Below are positions 54,601 through 64,000 of a DNA stretch of 64,000 nt, piece by piece (the stretch's first letter is position 1; the number at the start of each line of letters is the position of its first letter). This DNA is from Yuukianura sp. NJ FZ-2021. Taxonomy: Eukaryota. A program made the translations under genes and the position numbers. The notes beneath the pieces were generated by a model. That model did not search any database and was not told the origin of the DNA. It saw nothing but the letters and a program-made list of their open reading frames with translations. The stretch is taken from assembly GCA_046563655.1 (NCBI GenBank), contig CM102286.1:12896001-12960000 (forward strand), read 5' to 3'.

Positions 54601-57600
54601 TACGACTTGTGAAGACTAAAGACACTCGAGAGACTAATAGGTCCATGTCATGGAAACAAGAAAAGACTTTCTATTGAATCTCTCAGCCCTCATTTTTGTT
54701 TCATTCTCCGCTCTTTCCTTTTTTCTTGAAGAAGAAATGCGAAAGGTGGCAAAAAGAAAGTTTTAAAATGGCGGTTTACTTTTCCCTCTGCACTTGCCCT
54801 CATTTAATTATTTCTCTTTTTAGCATTCTCAAAAGAAATTAAACTTTTCTGCTTTAAATTCTTCCAAATTACGAGTTACGGAACTTATGAATATTTACTA
54901 CAACATTTGCAACTAACAAGGCCCAAGCAATTTTTCAAAAAAAAAAAGAGAAAAAAACAATCCTGAATTATTCCAGAATCTGCAGTGTGAAAATTATACT
55001 GTAGGAAAATTCTGATTTTTTAATCCTGAATTTCATTTGAATGAAATTTCAGCCTTTGAAAAAGTTCGGCGAGTTACTTGCCTTGTGAAACTCTTTTTTG
55101 AGTAATAATATTTTTGTGCAGTTTTTGAAAGTGTCATATTCGGGTGACGTCTCCTCAACTTCTTAATTTGGTTCAAACTAGAAACTAACAAATCAGAATT
55201 TCTAAGAACCGATGTTTTTTTTTCCTTCGTCGGCATGGTTTTCTAAATGTAATGACAGAAGGGAATAGACTGAGTCCCTTAATGAAAGGAAGAAGATGGC
55301 GAATGAATGGGTGAAAGTCTGAAATGGAGGAAGAGGAGAGAAAAAAACGAAGCCCTTGACAGGAGAAAAATTGAAAAGAAATCCAGATTTCCTGCTATTT
55401 TTTGCTTTTCTTCCAAGTCAAGTGACACTTCAATTCGGCTTATAGGTTCGGTTCCCAATTTACCAAAATCTCACCAAACTCTACCTCATTCGACGCTCTC
55501 TTCTTCTCATTAAAAATAACCTCAAAGGAAATCTGTAGATGAAAAGAATAAAAAACTCACCGGGTAGCTTCCTAGTTACCAAAATTCATTTAAATACACG
55601 TTTTTGTTAACCAATGTAACTTTACATTACATACCTGTTTCATAAGATAGCCTTTTTTACATTACCTACCATAAGCTTAACTTAACATACAACATGATAT
55701 AACGCATTTGCCTGCGTAAAATAGCATGACGCTATTGACCAGTAGATTTGAGCAATTTTTGCATAACCGAGACCCCTACGATTAGAAATATTAATGCGTA
55801 TGTAAAACATTGAATCAAAATCCTTTTAACAAATCGTTAATCAGAAACATGTCGTGAATTGCAACAAAAAACTACAATTTTTTTTGTGTATAACTCTTGT
55901 AATTTCAAACTATTTAACAATTTTTTTGATTAGTTGAAACGATTTATTAGAAATTCCAAATTATAATTTTTAAAACCACAAAAATTTCCAGTTTCTTATC
56001 TATTGAGAGCTTCAAATTTTCGAAAAATTAAGACGGAATTTATTTCTGGGAAAATTCTAATCTGAATAAGAATCGACTACATTTGAAGTTTCATTTCACG
56101 GAATGTTTGACTTGTTTAAAAAATAATTGTTGCTTATTTAGATGCAAACTTAAGATATTCTAAGAACTGGTGGTATTCCAGTACGTGTGGAGGAAAAAGT
56201 TCTTTGGCTTTTTTTCTCTCCGTTTTTGAGTAAGCCTTTATGTTTTTTTTCGAAAATAAAATTCCAAGGAGCTTTCTCCTTTTTATAATCTGTCTTACAA
56301 CGAGAAATAAGTTGCGATGCGTTGTAACGCACGTCACTTGCTACGTGCTACTGAAATTTTTGTTCCGTCAATATTTACTTTTTACTTGAAAAATAAGATT
56401 CTAGAGTGTTTTTTTGCTGCGTTGTGCGATATACTTTCCGTTTCAAAACAGTAACCCACTAGTTTACCTCATTCTTTTCTTTTAAAAATATAGTCAATAT
56501 TTTTTTTCGTAAAGCAAAGGAAACTCTTTGAAAATTTTAGTATTGTGCAGCTGTTCCGAAGTGTTTCAAGAAGTTTGTGTAATTAATGTAGATTTTAATG
56601 TGAACTTTGTTTTATTTTGCAACTTTCATATTAGCGTGAAAAGTAGTTTGTCAAGGGGAGAAAGAGATGCATAGTAAAAGTGTCCTATTAAGTATTCTAA
56701 AATAAATTACAAACAAAATTGTTTTTAAAATTGTACATGAGTTTGAAGTTTCAACTAAAAGCATAAAAAACTTTCTACTTTTGAAGTTTCCTCACTTTTT
56801 TTAAAATTTAGAACAGGAACAAAAAAAAAGGAAAAAGAGTTGATGGCTTAAGTGACTCATGTTGAAGTTGTTTGATGCTTTGCTCGAAGTTTTAACATTT
56901 TAACGTTTGAAGCAACATAAAAATACAAGAGAACCATGATTCATGTAAATAATTAATAAACAAGAGGGCTCATTTCCCATTTGACTTTCCCGCACTTTCA
57001 CTTTCCGTTTTATCTTCCTCCATCAACGTTCCATCATTTAAATGATGATATTTGCTACTTCGAACCATTTACATAAAGGAGTGAAGTGCTTTTCTGGTTT
57101 GACGCATGGTGAAAGCATGAGAAAGCTCGTTCAAAAAATATTTTTCTAAAAAAAGAGCAGGAAAAGATGTATTATGCAAAGCCTGGAAAGACTTGCATTG
57201 CTCATGCCAGCTCCAGCAAAGAAAGATTCCATTGAAATTTCAGCTCCTTTAACTTTCTCCACGCGTGATGTCTAAAACCCAAAAATAGAATAAAATTTTT
57301 TCTTTTTTTTCAAATTCTACAAGAAAAAAAGAGAACTGGAACAATCACATCTTCCAGAGCAAAGACACAGAAAGACGCATCTGAATTTAATTTTGTGCGT
57401 TTTCTTTATCCCGGAAGGATTTTTGCTCATTTTTTGCCATTGCTTTCTCCGTAGGAAAGAGTCATTTTCCTTTTCATTTCTCTGTTTCCCTCCTTAATCC
57501 TTTTATCCCTCCTTATTCTTCTTCGTGGTCCATTCATACATAATAACATACTCATAATCTACCCACGTGCTTCTAATACACTTCCATTGTCCCTGTTCCT

Positions 57601-60291
57601 TTGAGCCATCTCTGCTGCTTTCTCTTTTACAATGGTCAAATATCTACTGGAAGGAATAGAGAATACAGGGAATCTTGAAGTTTTTCTTCTCCTTTGCAGC
57701 TTTTCCATTGAACTAAATTTAATAAGAAACCTAGACAGAATACAGAGTTGAAGTAATCCTAAGTTCTAAGCCAAAGAAGTGCGTAGAAGAAAGTTTTCTT
57801 TTTTGCCAACATCGACCAGCTGAGACTGTTACAGCATGAGCTGGTTATGTGATTCGCCGTGGTTGATTATAACAGTGTCCTAGAAATCCTGCTTTCACTG
57901 ATTGCAATTGTTGCAAAAAAAATAGCTTTTTTTTTCACAAAATTGGTTTCTGTTTTTGGCGACTTGGAAAATCGGAATTCTAAGAGCATCTTCTGCCGTT
58001 TCTTTTGAAAAAAAGCTTCTCAGTTTCTCAATTTTTGTTTTCTTTTTTCTAAGAATGAACTTTTTTTGAAAAAAAAAATTAGAGTTTTTGTTCTAAACAT
58101 GAACTTTTCGTGGAAAAGCGAGCGAAAAACGAACTGCAGAAGGTTTGGTTTTGTGGGAGGATGAGCAGGTAACCATTACACTTACGAGGGATGTGAACGG
58201 AAAAGCGTCAATTTTCTCCAAGATTGGTCAAGGAAGAGAAAGCGGGAAAATTAGACCAAAGTAAGTACTCTATTTATTTGAGAAGTTTTCGGGATTGTGT
58301 TCGGCCCCACCCTAAGGTAACAAAGTGGTGGTGGGTCCACTACAAAAACGAACAATATGGTGGGAACTCTAACAAGTGTTGTATGTTGCGAGTTATACTG
58401 AACGTTCCTCCCCTCGTCCTTATTTTATTGCTTCTTACTACACTTTTTCCTTTCCTGGTTAAAATTTTTGTACTTTTTGTGTAAAAAATACATGTGTGTA
58501 CTACGTAAATTGTAAAGGAGAGAAAACGCGTAAAGGAGAAAATATTCTGTTCTATTTGCTTCTTGCTGGATGAAACGGAAATGCTATTTACTCCAATCAA
58601 TCCCCAGAGAGCTGCAGTACATACTTTCTTCTGTGCTTTCTCCGGAACCGTATCCGAATCCTGGATGCTTTCATTTTTCTTGAGAAAAGGAGAAAATAGA
58701 ATAGTATACGCCATAGACTGGTAAAAATTCAATGCAAATCATTGTGTCAGTATCAAAAGTTGTTTTAAGGAAGCTTTTCTTTCCTTTTCTCCAGTGGTGA
58801 AGGATTTGGCGCAACTTTTTCTTGCCTCCCAACTTTCTCCGCCGTTTGGTTTGCTATAACATTCAAAGACTTCCTGATTTTCTGCCTCTTTTTAGGATAA
58901 TATCATTTCCATGAAATCCTGTACCAAATATTCTGTATCTTCTTTTACAGAATAAAATTTTCAAAAAATGAAAACTTTTTGGCTCTTATTTCCTTTTACG
59001 TGAGTTTACACACAGGAAAGCAGCATGGCTTCTACCGCACCGGTAAACCTCTTTTCTAAATTTTCAAAAGCCTTTCATTTTCTCCTTTCTAAAATTTTCA
59101 ACAACTTTTTGTGAACCGTAGAAAGTGCAAGTCTTATATACTTCTGCCAAGGATTTTGAAGCGTGCCGAAGAAAAGGCTTGGTATTTTGTAATTTTCCAA
59201 TATACCTTTATCATCTAAAAAAAAAGTTTGAACAGAAATTTTCAACAAGAAAAATCGAGGTTTCAGAAACATAGACGATGCGTGTTGCCAAATAGTAATC
59301 GTTCACCGCTACAGAAAACTTTCAGTCCAGTTCAGCTACAGTGAAGAAAAATTCGGTTTTTTTTTATTTAAGTTATTTACGGTAGGAATTGGAAGGAAAA
59401 AATGAAGGAATTTCAAACAATAAAAAAATTTATGCAGTGGTATGCATAATATGCCTTCCGGCCTAACGTAACCCTAAACCTTCCAACTTTCACCTGAATT
59501 TGTACACATTCTTAATAGTGCATAGAGTAGGCACAATTTAGTTTTTGTTTTTTGAAAATAATAGCATCGATGTGATATCAAGATTGGCACAAAACATGCT
59601 TCTGGGCAACACACACTACTACTAGTGTGGTGAAGTGTCATTTCTGCAGCAATTTCCGTCACTTATAATGCTCCCGTATCTGAACTCCTTTCAAGTGTAT
59701 TCATAATTTAGATAAATGAATAGCACGAAATGGTCATTTAACTTGGCAAAAGTGCAATCAGCTTTTGACTAAATTGAGGCTACAAGTGCCTAAAGATTTC
59801 TATCGCTCAATTTACCAATACTTTTTAGAAATGTAAACTTTTGATACCATTTTTCTCCTAATCCAGCCCATAAATTAAATTTGAGGTAGAAAAAACAGAC
59901 GCTTCAGAAAAACTTTTGTCGTGGTTATGCTCTTAGCAGGAGGTCGTCCATCCCATTGTCATGGAAACTCTAATGCTTTCAAATTGATCCTGATCACGTT
60001 TTGTTCTTATTCTGGCTGAAGGTGACCTTTGACCTCCCAGAATGCTTTACCGTCGACAGTGGGATGGTTCAAATGCCAAAAAAAGTTCTGGCGATGACAT
60101 TTTTTAAGCACAGGGAGATGACAAGGCTGAGTGTCACGAGCGGAAGTCAAAGATCAAAAATCTGCGTCCATTGTCTTACCTGTTGGTGTCCACAGAGACA
60201 AAGATGAGATCAGAAGGAAGATCAGAAAAGGCTCAGATGTCATTCGAAGTAGGAAAGGGCGTCGACAGCTCACAAATTTGAAAACCTTCAT
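542..60291 (-). CDS. dpr6: Dpr-family Ig-superfamily neuronal surface protein (dpr6/dpr10-like), 5' part; join(60180..60291, 9123..9322, 758..901, 542..608); 3' exons lie beyond the left edge
   Basis: Spliced translation: MKVFKFVSCRRPFLLRMTSEPFLIFLLISSLSLWTPT-D-SVSPNESTLEATESTYAIFTSLNSGPFSPISPGEPFFDATIPRNVTALVGKTAFLVCRVRSLGNRT-VSWVRHRDIHILTVGTYTYTSDQRFQANHQRATEEWTLQIKYTQKRDA-GIYECQISTQPHRSFYVNLNVV. Ig hallmarks are present (C..W..DxGxYEC), plus the Dpr signature VSWxRHRDIHILTVGxYTYTSDQRF. All introns are GT-AG with matching phases (1,0,0,1). Family is secure; the dpr6 paralogue call is from recalled similarity, not a search. Confidence 0.9.
758..901 (-). CDS. dpr6: dpr exon: core of Ig1 (VSWVRHRDIHILTVGTYTYTSDQRF...KRDA)
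   Basis: Acceptor TAG at 904-902 and donor GTAAGT at 757-752; 144 nt, phase 0/0. Matches the N-terminal part of ORF 659..901, whose tail is intron read-through. Confidence 0.97.
970..2540. repeat. Old TGTGCA/TGCACA-rich element, interrupted by younger repeat fragments
   Basis: TGTGCA/TGCACA motifs are dense at 970-1400 and 2280-2540, and the ends are loosely inverted (CTGCTTGCC... / ...CCAGCAGG). The CCGGAT-rich and AACCGGTT-rich blocks lie between. Confidence 0.35.
1555..2019. mobile_element. Truncated MITE-like element rich in CCGGATTT/AATCCGG motifs
   Basis: Clusters of (AAT)CCGGATTT at 1555-1660 and 1930-1995. The right end reads TAGGGGTGGAAATCC on the minus strand, resembling the family B terminus. 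The left terminus was not found. Confidence 0.5.
7216..7477. mobile_element. MITE family A, copy 1 (non-autonomous DNA transposon, hAT- or P-like)
   Basis: Ends CAAGGTT...AACCTTG; perfect 25-bp inverted repeat (7231-7255 vs 7430-7454); perfect 8-bp target duplication AGGTCAAC (7208-7215 and 7478-7485). Confidence 0.92.
9123..9322 (-). CDS. dpr6: dpr exon: S/T/P-rich linker and start of Ig1 (EPFFDATIPRNVTALVGKTAFLVCRVRSLGNRT)
   Basis: Acceptor tttCAG at 9325-9323 and donor GTAAGT at 9122-9117; 200 nt, phase 1 in and phase 0 out, open throughout. Has the Dpr-type PxFD..P.NVTALVGKTA.L.CRV motif. Confidence 0.95.
20718..20994. mobile_element. MITE family A, copy 2
   Basis: Same CAAGG...CCTTG ends and internal sequence (GGTTGGGTAATACCTCATG, CATTTCAGGGCA, TACCCAACCTG). 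Flanked by GGTTTTAC on both sides, with one extra C on the left. Confidence 0.9.
28325..28360 (-). promoter_or_regulatory. Recursive splice site (ratchet point), junction 28331|28330
   Basis: Minus strand reads TACTAAAAATTTCTATTTTTCTATTTTCAG|GTAAGACG: a branch-like CTAA, a long pyrimidine tract, then CAG directly abutting a consensus donor. It is on the dpr sense strand and inside the longest intron. Confidence 0.75.
28581..28882 (-). CDS. Possible exon 2 of a nested 128-aa protein of unknown family (may be a pseudogene)
   Basis: A 61-nt GT..AG intron (28883-28943) joins the signal-peptide exon in frame to ORF 28581..28946 (VKIQKKVESGPVAKKKKEPP...LLLLGVEYAIIFISIEVLMERRI*). No homology recognised. 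Confidence 0.35.
28944..29028 (-). CDS. Unannotated signal-peptide exon (MKLVFVVAVLLAGTSSAEVLISQDHKGN): alternative dpr first exon or exon 1 of a nested gene
   Basis: Start context CAGCAAAAATGAAA; classical n/h/c signal peptide ending SSA; 85 nt ending in phase 1 at ATG|GTATTC, a modest donor. Confidence 0.55.
35292..35583 (-). mobile_element. Helentron-associated (HINE/DINE-1-like) non-autonomous element
   Basis: Terminal hairpin AAGTAGC-TTTC-GCTACTT (35563-35580), adjacent (CAGA)5 microsatellite (35528-35547), a related subterminal motif AGTGCACGAAAG near the other end, and a T-run terminus on the minus strand. This layout matches the known DINE-1/HINE architecture. Confidence 0.6.
51892..52169. 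mobile_element. MITE family A, copy 3
   Basis: CAAGG...GGAACCTTG ends and an interior colinear with copies 1 and 2; decayed target duplication CTAGGACG / CTAGGGATG. Confidence 0.88.
60180..60291 (-). CDS. dpr6: Probable first coding exon of dpr (signal peptide)
   Basis: ATG at 60291 (gaaaATG) with a second in-frame ATG at 60243. Basic N-region followed by hydrophobic FLIFLLISSLSLW. Ends at a strong donor CAG|GTAAGA in phase 1, matching the phase-1 acceptor at 9322 (G+AT = Asp). The link across 50.9 kb is inferred. Confidence 0.72.
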
Positions 60292-60352
60292 TTTCCGAAA
60301 ATAAAAAGCGTTCGAAAAAAAAATCTTCGAAAAAGTTCTCCACTTTTCAAAG

Positions 60353-60723
60353 CTGGAAATTTGAAAGGCTTGACCTCATTTTTCTTCCGGGGGCTTGCAG
60401 ACGAAAAAGGAAAGCCCAACGGATTGTATTACGGTGCCTAATCGGTTAGTTCCGGAAAGTACCGAGAAATCCCGACAGTTGATGCTGAACTGATCGTCAG
60501 ATGCTTGAATTTGGATCAATAGATACTTGGTCAATGTCAAAGACAGGATCACTTCTTCGTTTTCTTAAAAAAAAGAAGAAAAGTTTTGTTCAAATAACAG
60601 AAAAGAGGGAAAGTTTAACATTTTTTCTTATTTTATTGTGTCAACTTTTATATAAATTTTCCTAAACTTTTTTTTTTGGTTTTTCAAACGTACTTTCTCC
60701 CTCGTGTCCCTTGGTTCACTTAC
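60353..60723 (-). other. Candidate 5'UTR intron of dpr (371 nt)
   Basis: Consensus donor GAG|GTAAGT (exon end 60724) and acceptor tttcaaatttcCAG at 60355-60353, 61 nt before the ATG. The upstream sequence is A-rich on the minus strand, as is common in arthropod 5'UTRs. Confidence 0.4.
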
Positions 60724-63544
60724 CTCTTATTTTTTTTGCGTAGAATGAAGATCCGCTCTCTAGGGGCCAAACTTTATTTTTTCGTTAGTTTCACAAACTG
60801 TCAAAATTAGGAAACCACTCAATGGGGGTCTTATTTTCACACAAGTTGAAAAAACAGTACTTTTTGTAGAAGTTGTGTTTGAATAGTACGGGAAAAGTTG
60901 TTTAAAATAAAAGTTACTTTTTGAAAAACTCGAGGGAGAACTACTGTTCTTGTTCAAAGAAGAATAACACAGCCCAGCACCAAAACTTTCTCTTTTCAAT
61001 AGTTTATAGAGAAAGAGATGTCAATAGTTTTCAAAAAATTTTCTTTTTGGAAATAGATACGTTGTTGATCCCTCAACGTGATGGACACTTTGCAACTTTG
61101 ACTGTTGTGATTTTTGAAATTTCAAAAGTTTCAGAATTTCAAAGTTCAAAACACAACTCTTCCCTCCAGGATTGTGTCAGTAGAATCGCTTTTGTTCAAA
61201 GTTATACCTGTTGACGTTTACTAGGTTGATTTTGACGAGTCATTCCAATTCAAAGTTTGAAAACAATCAAGTTTTTGAAACATTACAACAAATCATCCAA
61301 CCTGTTGAAATTCTCTAGAGGTTTTGTTTAACTTTTCAAATGAAGGTTTTTAAAACTCAGCTCAAGTTTTGTTAAATTTTTTGAATTGTTCAAAAAATAA
61401 TAGTTTGTTAGAATTCCAAATTGTTTAACAAGGATGTGCGAACTTCACACTAATTTAAACTCACAGCACAACCACAAAGTTGCTTCAAACTTTTGTTTTC
61501 GAAAATTGAAATTCTCTTGCCTTTGCGAGACACTTTTCAAAATGTGTGTTTGTAATGAACGTCCCAAAAGGAATGTTTTCTTCGTCAAACTTTTTTGTTG
61601 CGTTCAAAGATGAGTCCACAAAAAACTTTGAAGTTGCAAATGGATTGGTCTTCCAGAAAAATGATAGCAAACGACTTTTTTGCTTTTTTGCGAAACTTGT
61701 GTAACTTTGTGTAAAAACTATCTGCAGTTCCTTGGTGGCTTTGTACGTGTGCGTCAGTTGGTTTTTGGCTTAGAAAAGCTGCAGTAGCACTCCAGAACGG
61801 TCTTGCTCCTTCCTCTGAACAAACGCAAATGCTCCCTTTCCTTCCCGTTCTTTGGCACAAAATTCGGGGAGGTTGAACTCCTACCTCCTCTTACTACCCG
61901 GGTATTTCCTCCTCTTTCCAAAGATTGTGAAAAGTCCTCCCGCCCGCCCCAAGTCTTTCGGCAGCGGCGGATCTCGACGACCTCCCGCATTATTAAACTT
62001 GGCTACAATTCTCATCTCTCGCTCTACAGAGTAAGTTCGGTTAGACGCTTTCTCTGCCCTACTCCTCACCTTGGTTCGAGTCCTACAAGCAGCACTTGGT
62101 TCAAACGGAATTAGGTTCCAACCCATCTGGTTTTTTCTGGAGAGGCTACACCATTAGACGGATTACGTAATTTGGCCTCACCGACGTTTTCGACAAGACA
62201 CTACGCTTGTTCCCCTCCTTTACGATTCGAATCAGGCAGAAGAAAGCAGACTTTCATTGACAATGGAATGATTGATCATCTCATCACCAACTAAACCTAA
62301 CTCTAACGTTCAGTTCTTTAAAGTTTCCGCTCCTCGGGGCAACCGAAAATGAAGGCGGAGAGGCTCATCATTAATTTTTTTGGCAAAAGGTTTTCGCAAA
62401 ACTGCACCAGTGTTCTTCAGCGTTTTGTTTCGCATTTCCTTAGATTTCAAAACATACTTTTTCAAACAAAAAACGGTTATTTTTAAGTTTCTAAAAGCAG
62501 TTTGTGTTGTTTTAGGTTGTGTTATACCGAATTAGGTTTGGAAGGTAGGGCATTTTACAATTACGTTGATTGCTAAATTTTTTTAAGCTTGAGAAAGTTT
62601 TGAAAATTTTAGACGTTAGTAATTTTTTCCTGAAAACAATATGGGATAAGTACAGTTCAAAAAAATTGTTAGGTTTTTGCAAAACAAATTTCGGAATTCT
62701 CAGAAGCTGTGAAAAAGTTGTTTAGTTTATGATTTCATTTTCTTTTGCTAAAACCAAAATTCTATAGAAAATTGGGACGCGGCGAAAATTGAGTTTCCGC
62801 TTGAGCTCGAATTCCAACGGGAAATGATCCAAATCCAAAAACTTAGAAAAGCAACAGCGGATTCATTTTGAATTAATAAGGTACAGAGGTTGTTGTCCGA
62901 AGACGTGGTCGTGTGGTGTAGCGTAGAAATTCTATACTCAAAAGGCCAGCATTGGCCTTTGCCTACTCCAGGGACCGAAGTCAACATCCGCAGGCGGAAG
63001 TGCCTTTTTTAGTCCTTACAGCGCATGACTGTAGTAACAGTGCTCCTCTTTAGACGCTTTCCACACTAACCTAACCAAAGCAAAAAGGAAAAGTTCCTTT
63101 CTCTTTTTGTTTTCTCTACATTCCTCGCCTTGCAAAAGACTTAAGTCCTTCGACGGAAGCTCTCTGCTACTTCAGAATCTAAATTCACATGCCCCTTTAG
63201 TATTCCATTGGATTTGGAGCATTTGAACCTCTCTCTGCCTCTGCTGTAAAGTCATTCTCATTCTTTCATTTCACTCGTTCCTTGTATGCAGTTCAGTTCA
63301 CAACTTTCTCCCAGCTCTTTTCTTTTCCGTCTTTTTAAGGAAAGAAGGAAAAAGCTTTTTGGATAGGATGAAAAAGTAGAGACAGAAATAGCTGAAGTTA
63401 TAGTCCTTCGCCTAATGCTTTCCCTCCATTCCCTGATTCACAATTTATCGACTTTGCTAAATTCATTTTTTCATGGAACTGTAGATTTCAAGGCATTAGG
63501 CATTAAACCAATTCAATTTCAGTTTGCCCAAATTGCATTGTGGA

Positions 63545-63907
63545 TAGGGGTCGCAGTATCGATAATCATTCTCGATAATTATCGAAATTTTTCCGCCGTT
63601 GTCGATAATTGTCAATAATATGGGGCATGTTGAAGGGTATGTAATTCAAAGATTTCCATAAATCTATCAAAATTATTGTATCGCAAATTTTTAACAAGAT
63701 CAAGGTTGTTCTAAATCAATAAAATTGAAGTACAAGTAAAAAATCAAGTTTTTCAGGAAATTGCGAGAGTTTTTCACCTGCTTTATATGACCCATACCTT
63801 CTACATGTGAAATTATCGTTATCGAATTATCGATAATGAGAAGCCCAAATTATCGATAACTATCGGTTATGGTTAATAAGAAAATGTTATCGATAATGCG
63901 ACCCCTA
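63545..63907. mobile_element. MITE family B with 21-bp TIRs and TATCGATA subterminal repeats
   Basis: Left end TAGGGGTCGCAGTATCGATAA vs right end reverse complement TAGGGGTCGCATTATCGATAA (1 mismatch). Repeated TTATCGATAA-type motifs at both ends. No 8-bp target duplication is visible; the terminal TA could itself be the duplication. Confidence 0.85.
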
Positions 63908-64000
63908 ATAACCGTGACGCAATTTAATTTACCAAGGCAATTAACTCGGTTTCGTTTAACTTTTGAAGACCCTTTAACCCCAATTTTTTAATTTGACAAG

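Larger units (their letters stand above)
9323..60179 (-). other. Giant intron of dpr (~50.9 kb)
   Basis: Bounded by GTAAGA at 60179 and tttCAG at 9323. No recognisable conserved protein is encoded inside; contains MITEs and a ratchet-like site. Confidence 0.7.

Noticed and set aside
55628..55650. CAG|GTATGT on the minus strand as a second ratchet point
   Set aside because: Good donor, but the upstream sequence lacks a pyrimidine tract, so it is not a credible acceptor.
62073..62083. Pol III B-box match GGTTCGAGTCC
   Set aside because: No T-stem pairing beyond 2 bp, and no A-box or cloverleaf, so it is not a tRNA.
1..64000. Prokaryotic systems (CRISPR arrays, operons, defence islands)
   Set aside because: No regularly spaced repeats and very low coding density; spliceosomal intron structure shows the DNA is eukaryotic.

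Overview
This is AT-rich eukaryotic DNA, most likely from an arthropod; the species cannot be determined. It is not prokaryotic, and no CRISPR array, rRNA or convincing tRNA was found. Nearly the whole window is the 5' half of one minus-strand gene of the Dpr (defective proboscis extension response) immunoglobulin family, closest by recall to the Drosophila dpr6/dpr10 subgroup. Four phase-compatible coding exons can be joined: a signal-peptide exon (60180-60291), then across a ~50.9-kb intron exons 9123-9322, 758-901 and 542-608. Together they give the leader and the complete first Ig domain; the gene continues off the left edge. The most interesting structure lies mid-way through the giant intron at ~28.2-29.0 kb. 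It has a consensus recursive-splicing (ratchet) site, polypyrimidine-CAG|GTAAGA, at 28331/28330, followed by three more GTAAG donors that would define poison cryptic exons. About 600 nt upstream is a second, unannotated signal-peptide exon (28944-29028) in the same splice phase as the dpr leader. That exon is either an alternative first exon of dpr or exon 1 of a nested 128-aa gene. The introns also carry three copies of a ~270-bp MITE with 8-bp target duplications, a Helentron/DINE-like element with a CTCF-like motif, and degenerate fragments. A TIR element with four DRE (TATCGATA) motifs lies upstream of the gene. Almost all ORFs in the supplied track look like non-coding noise.
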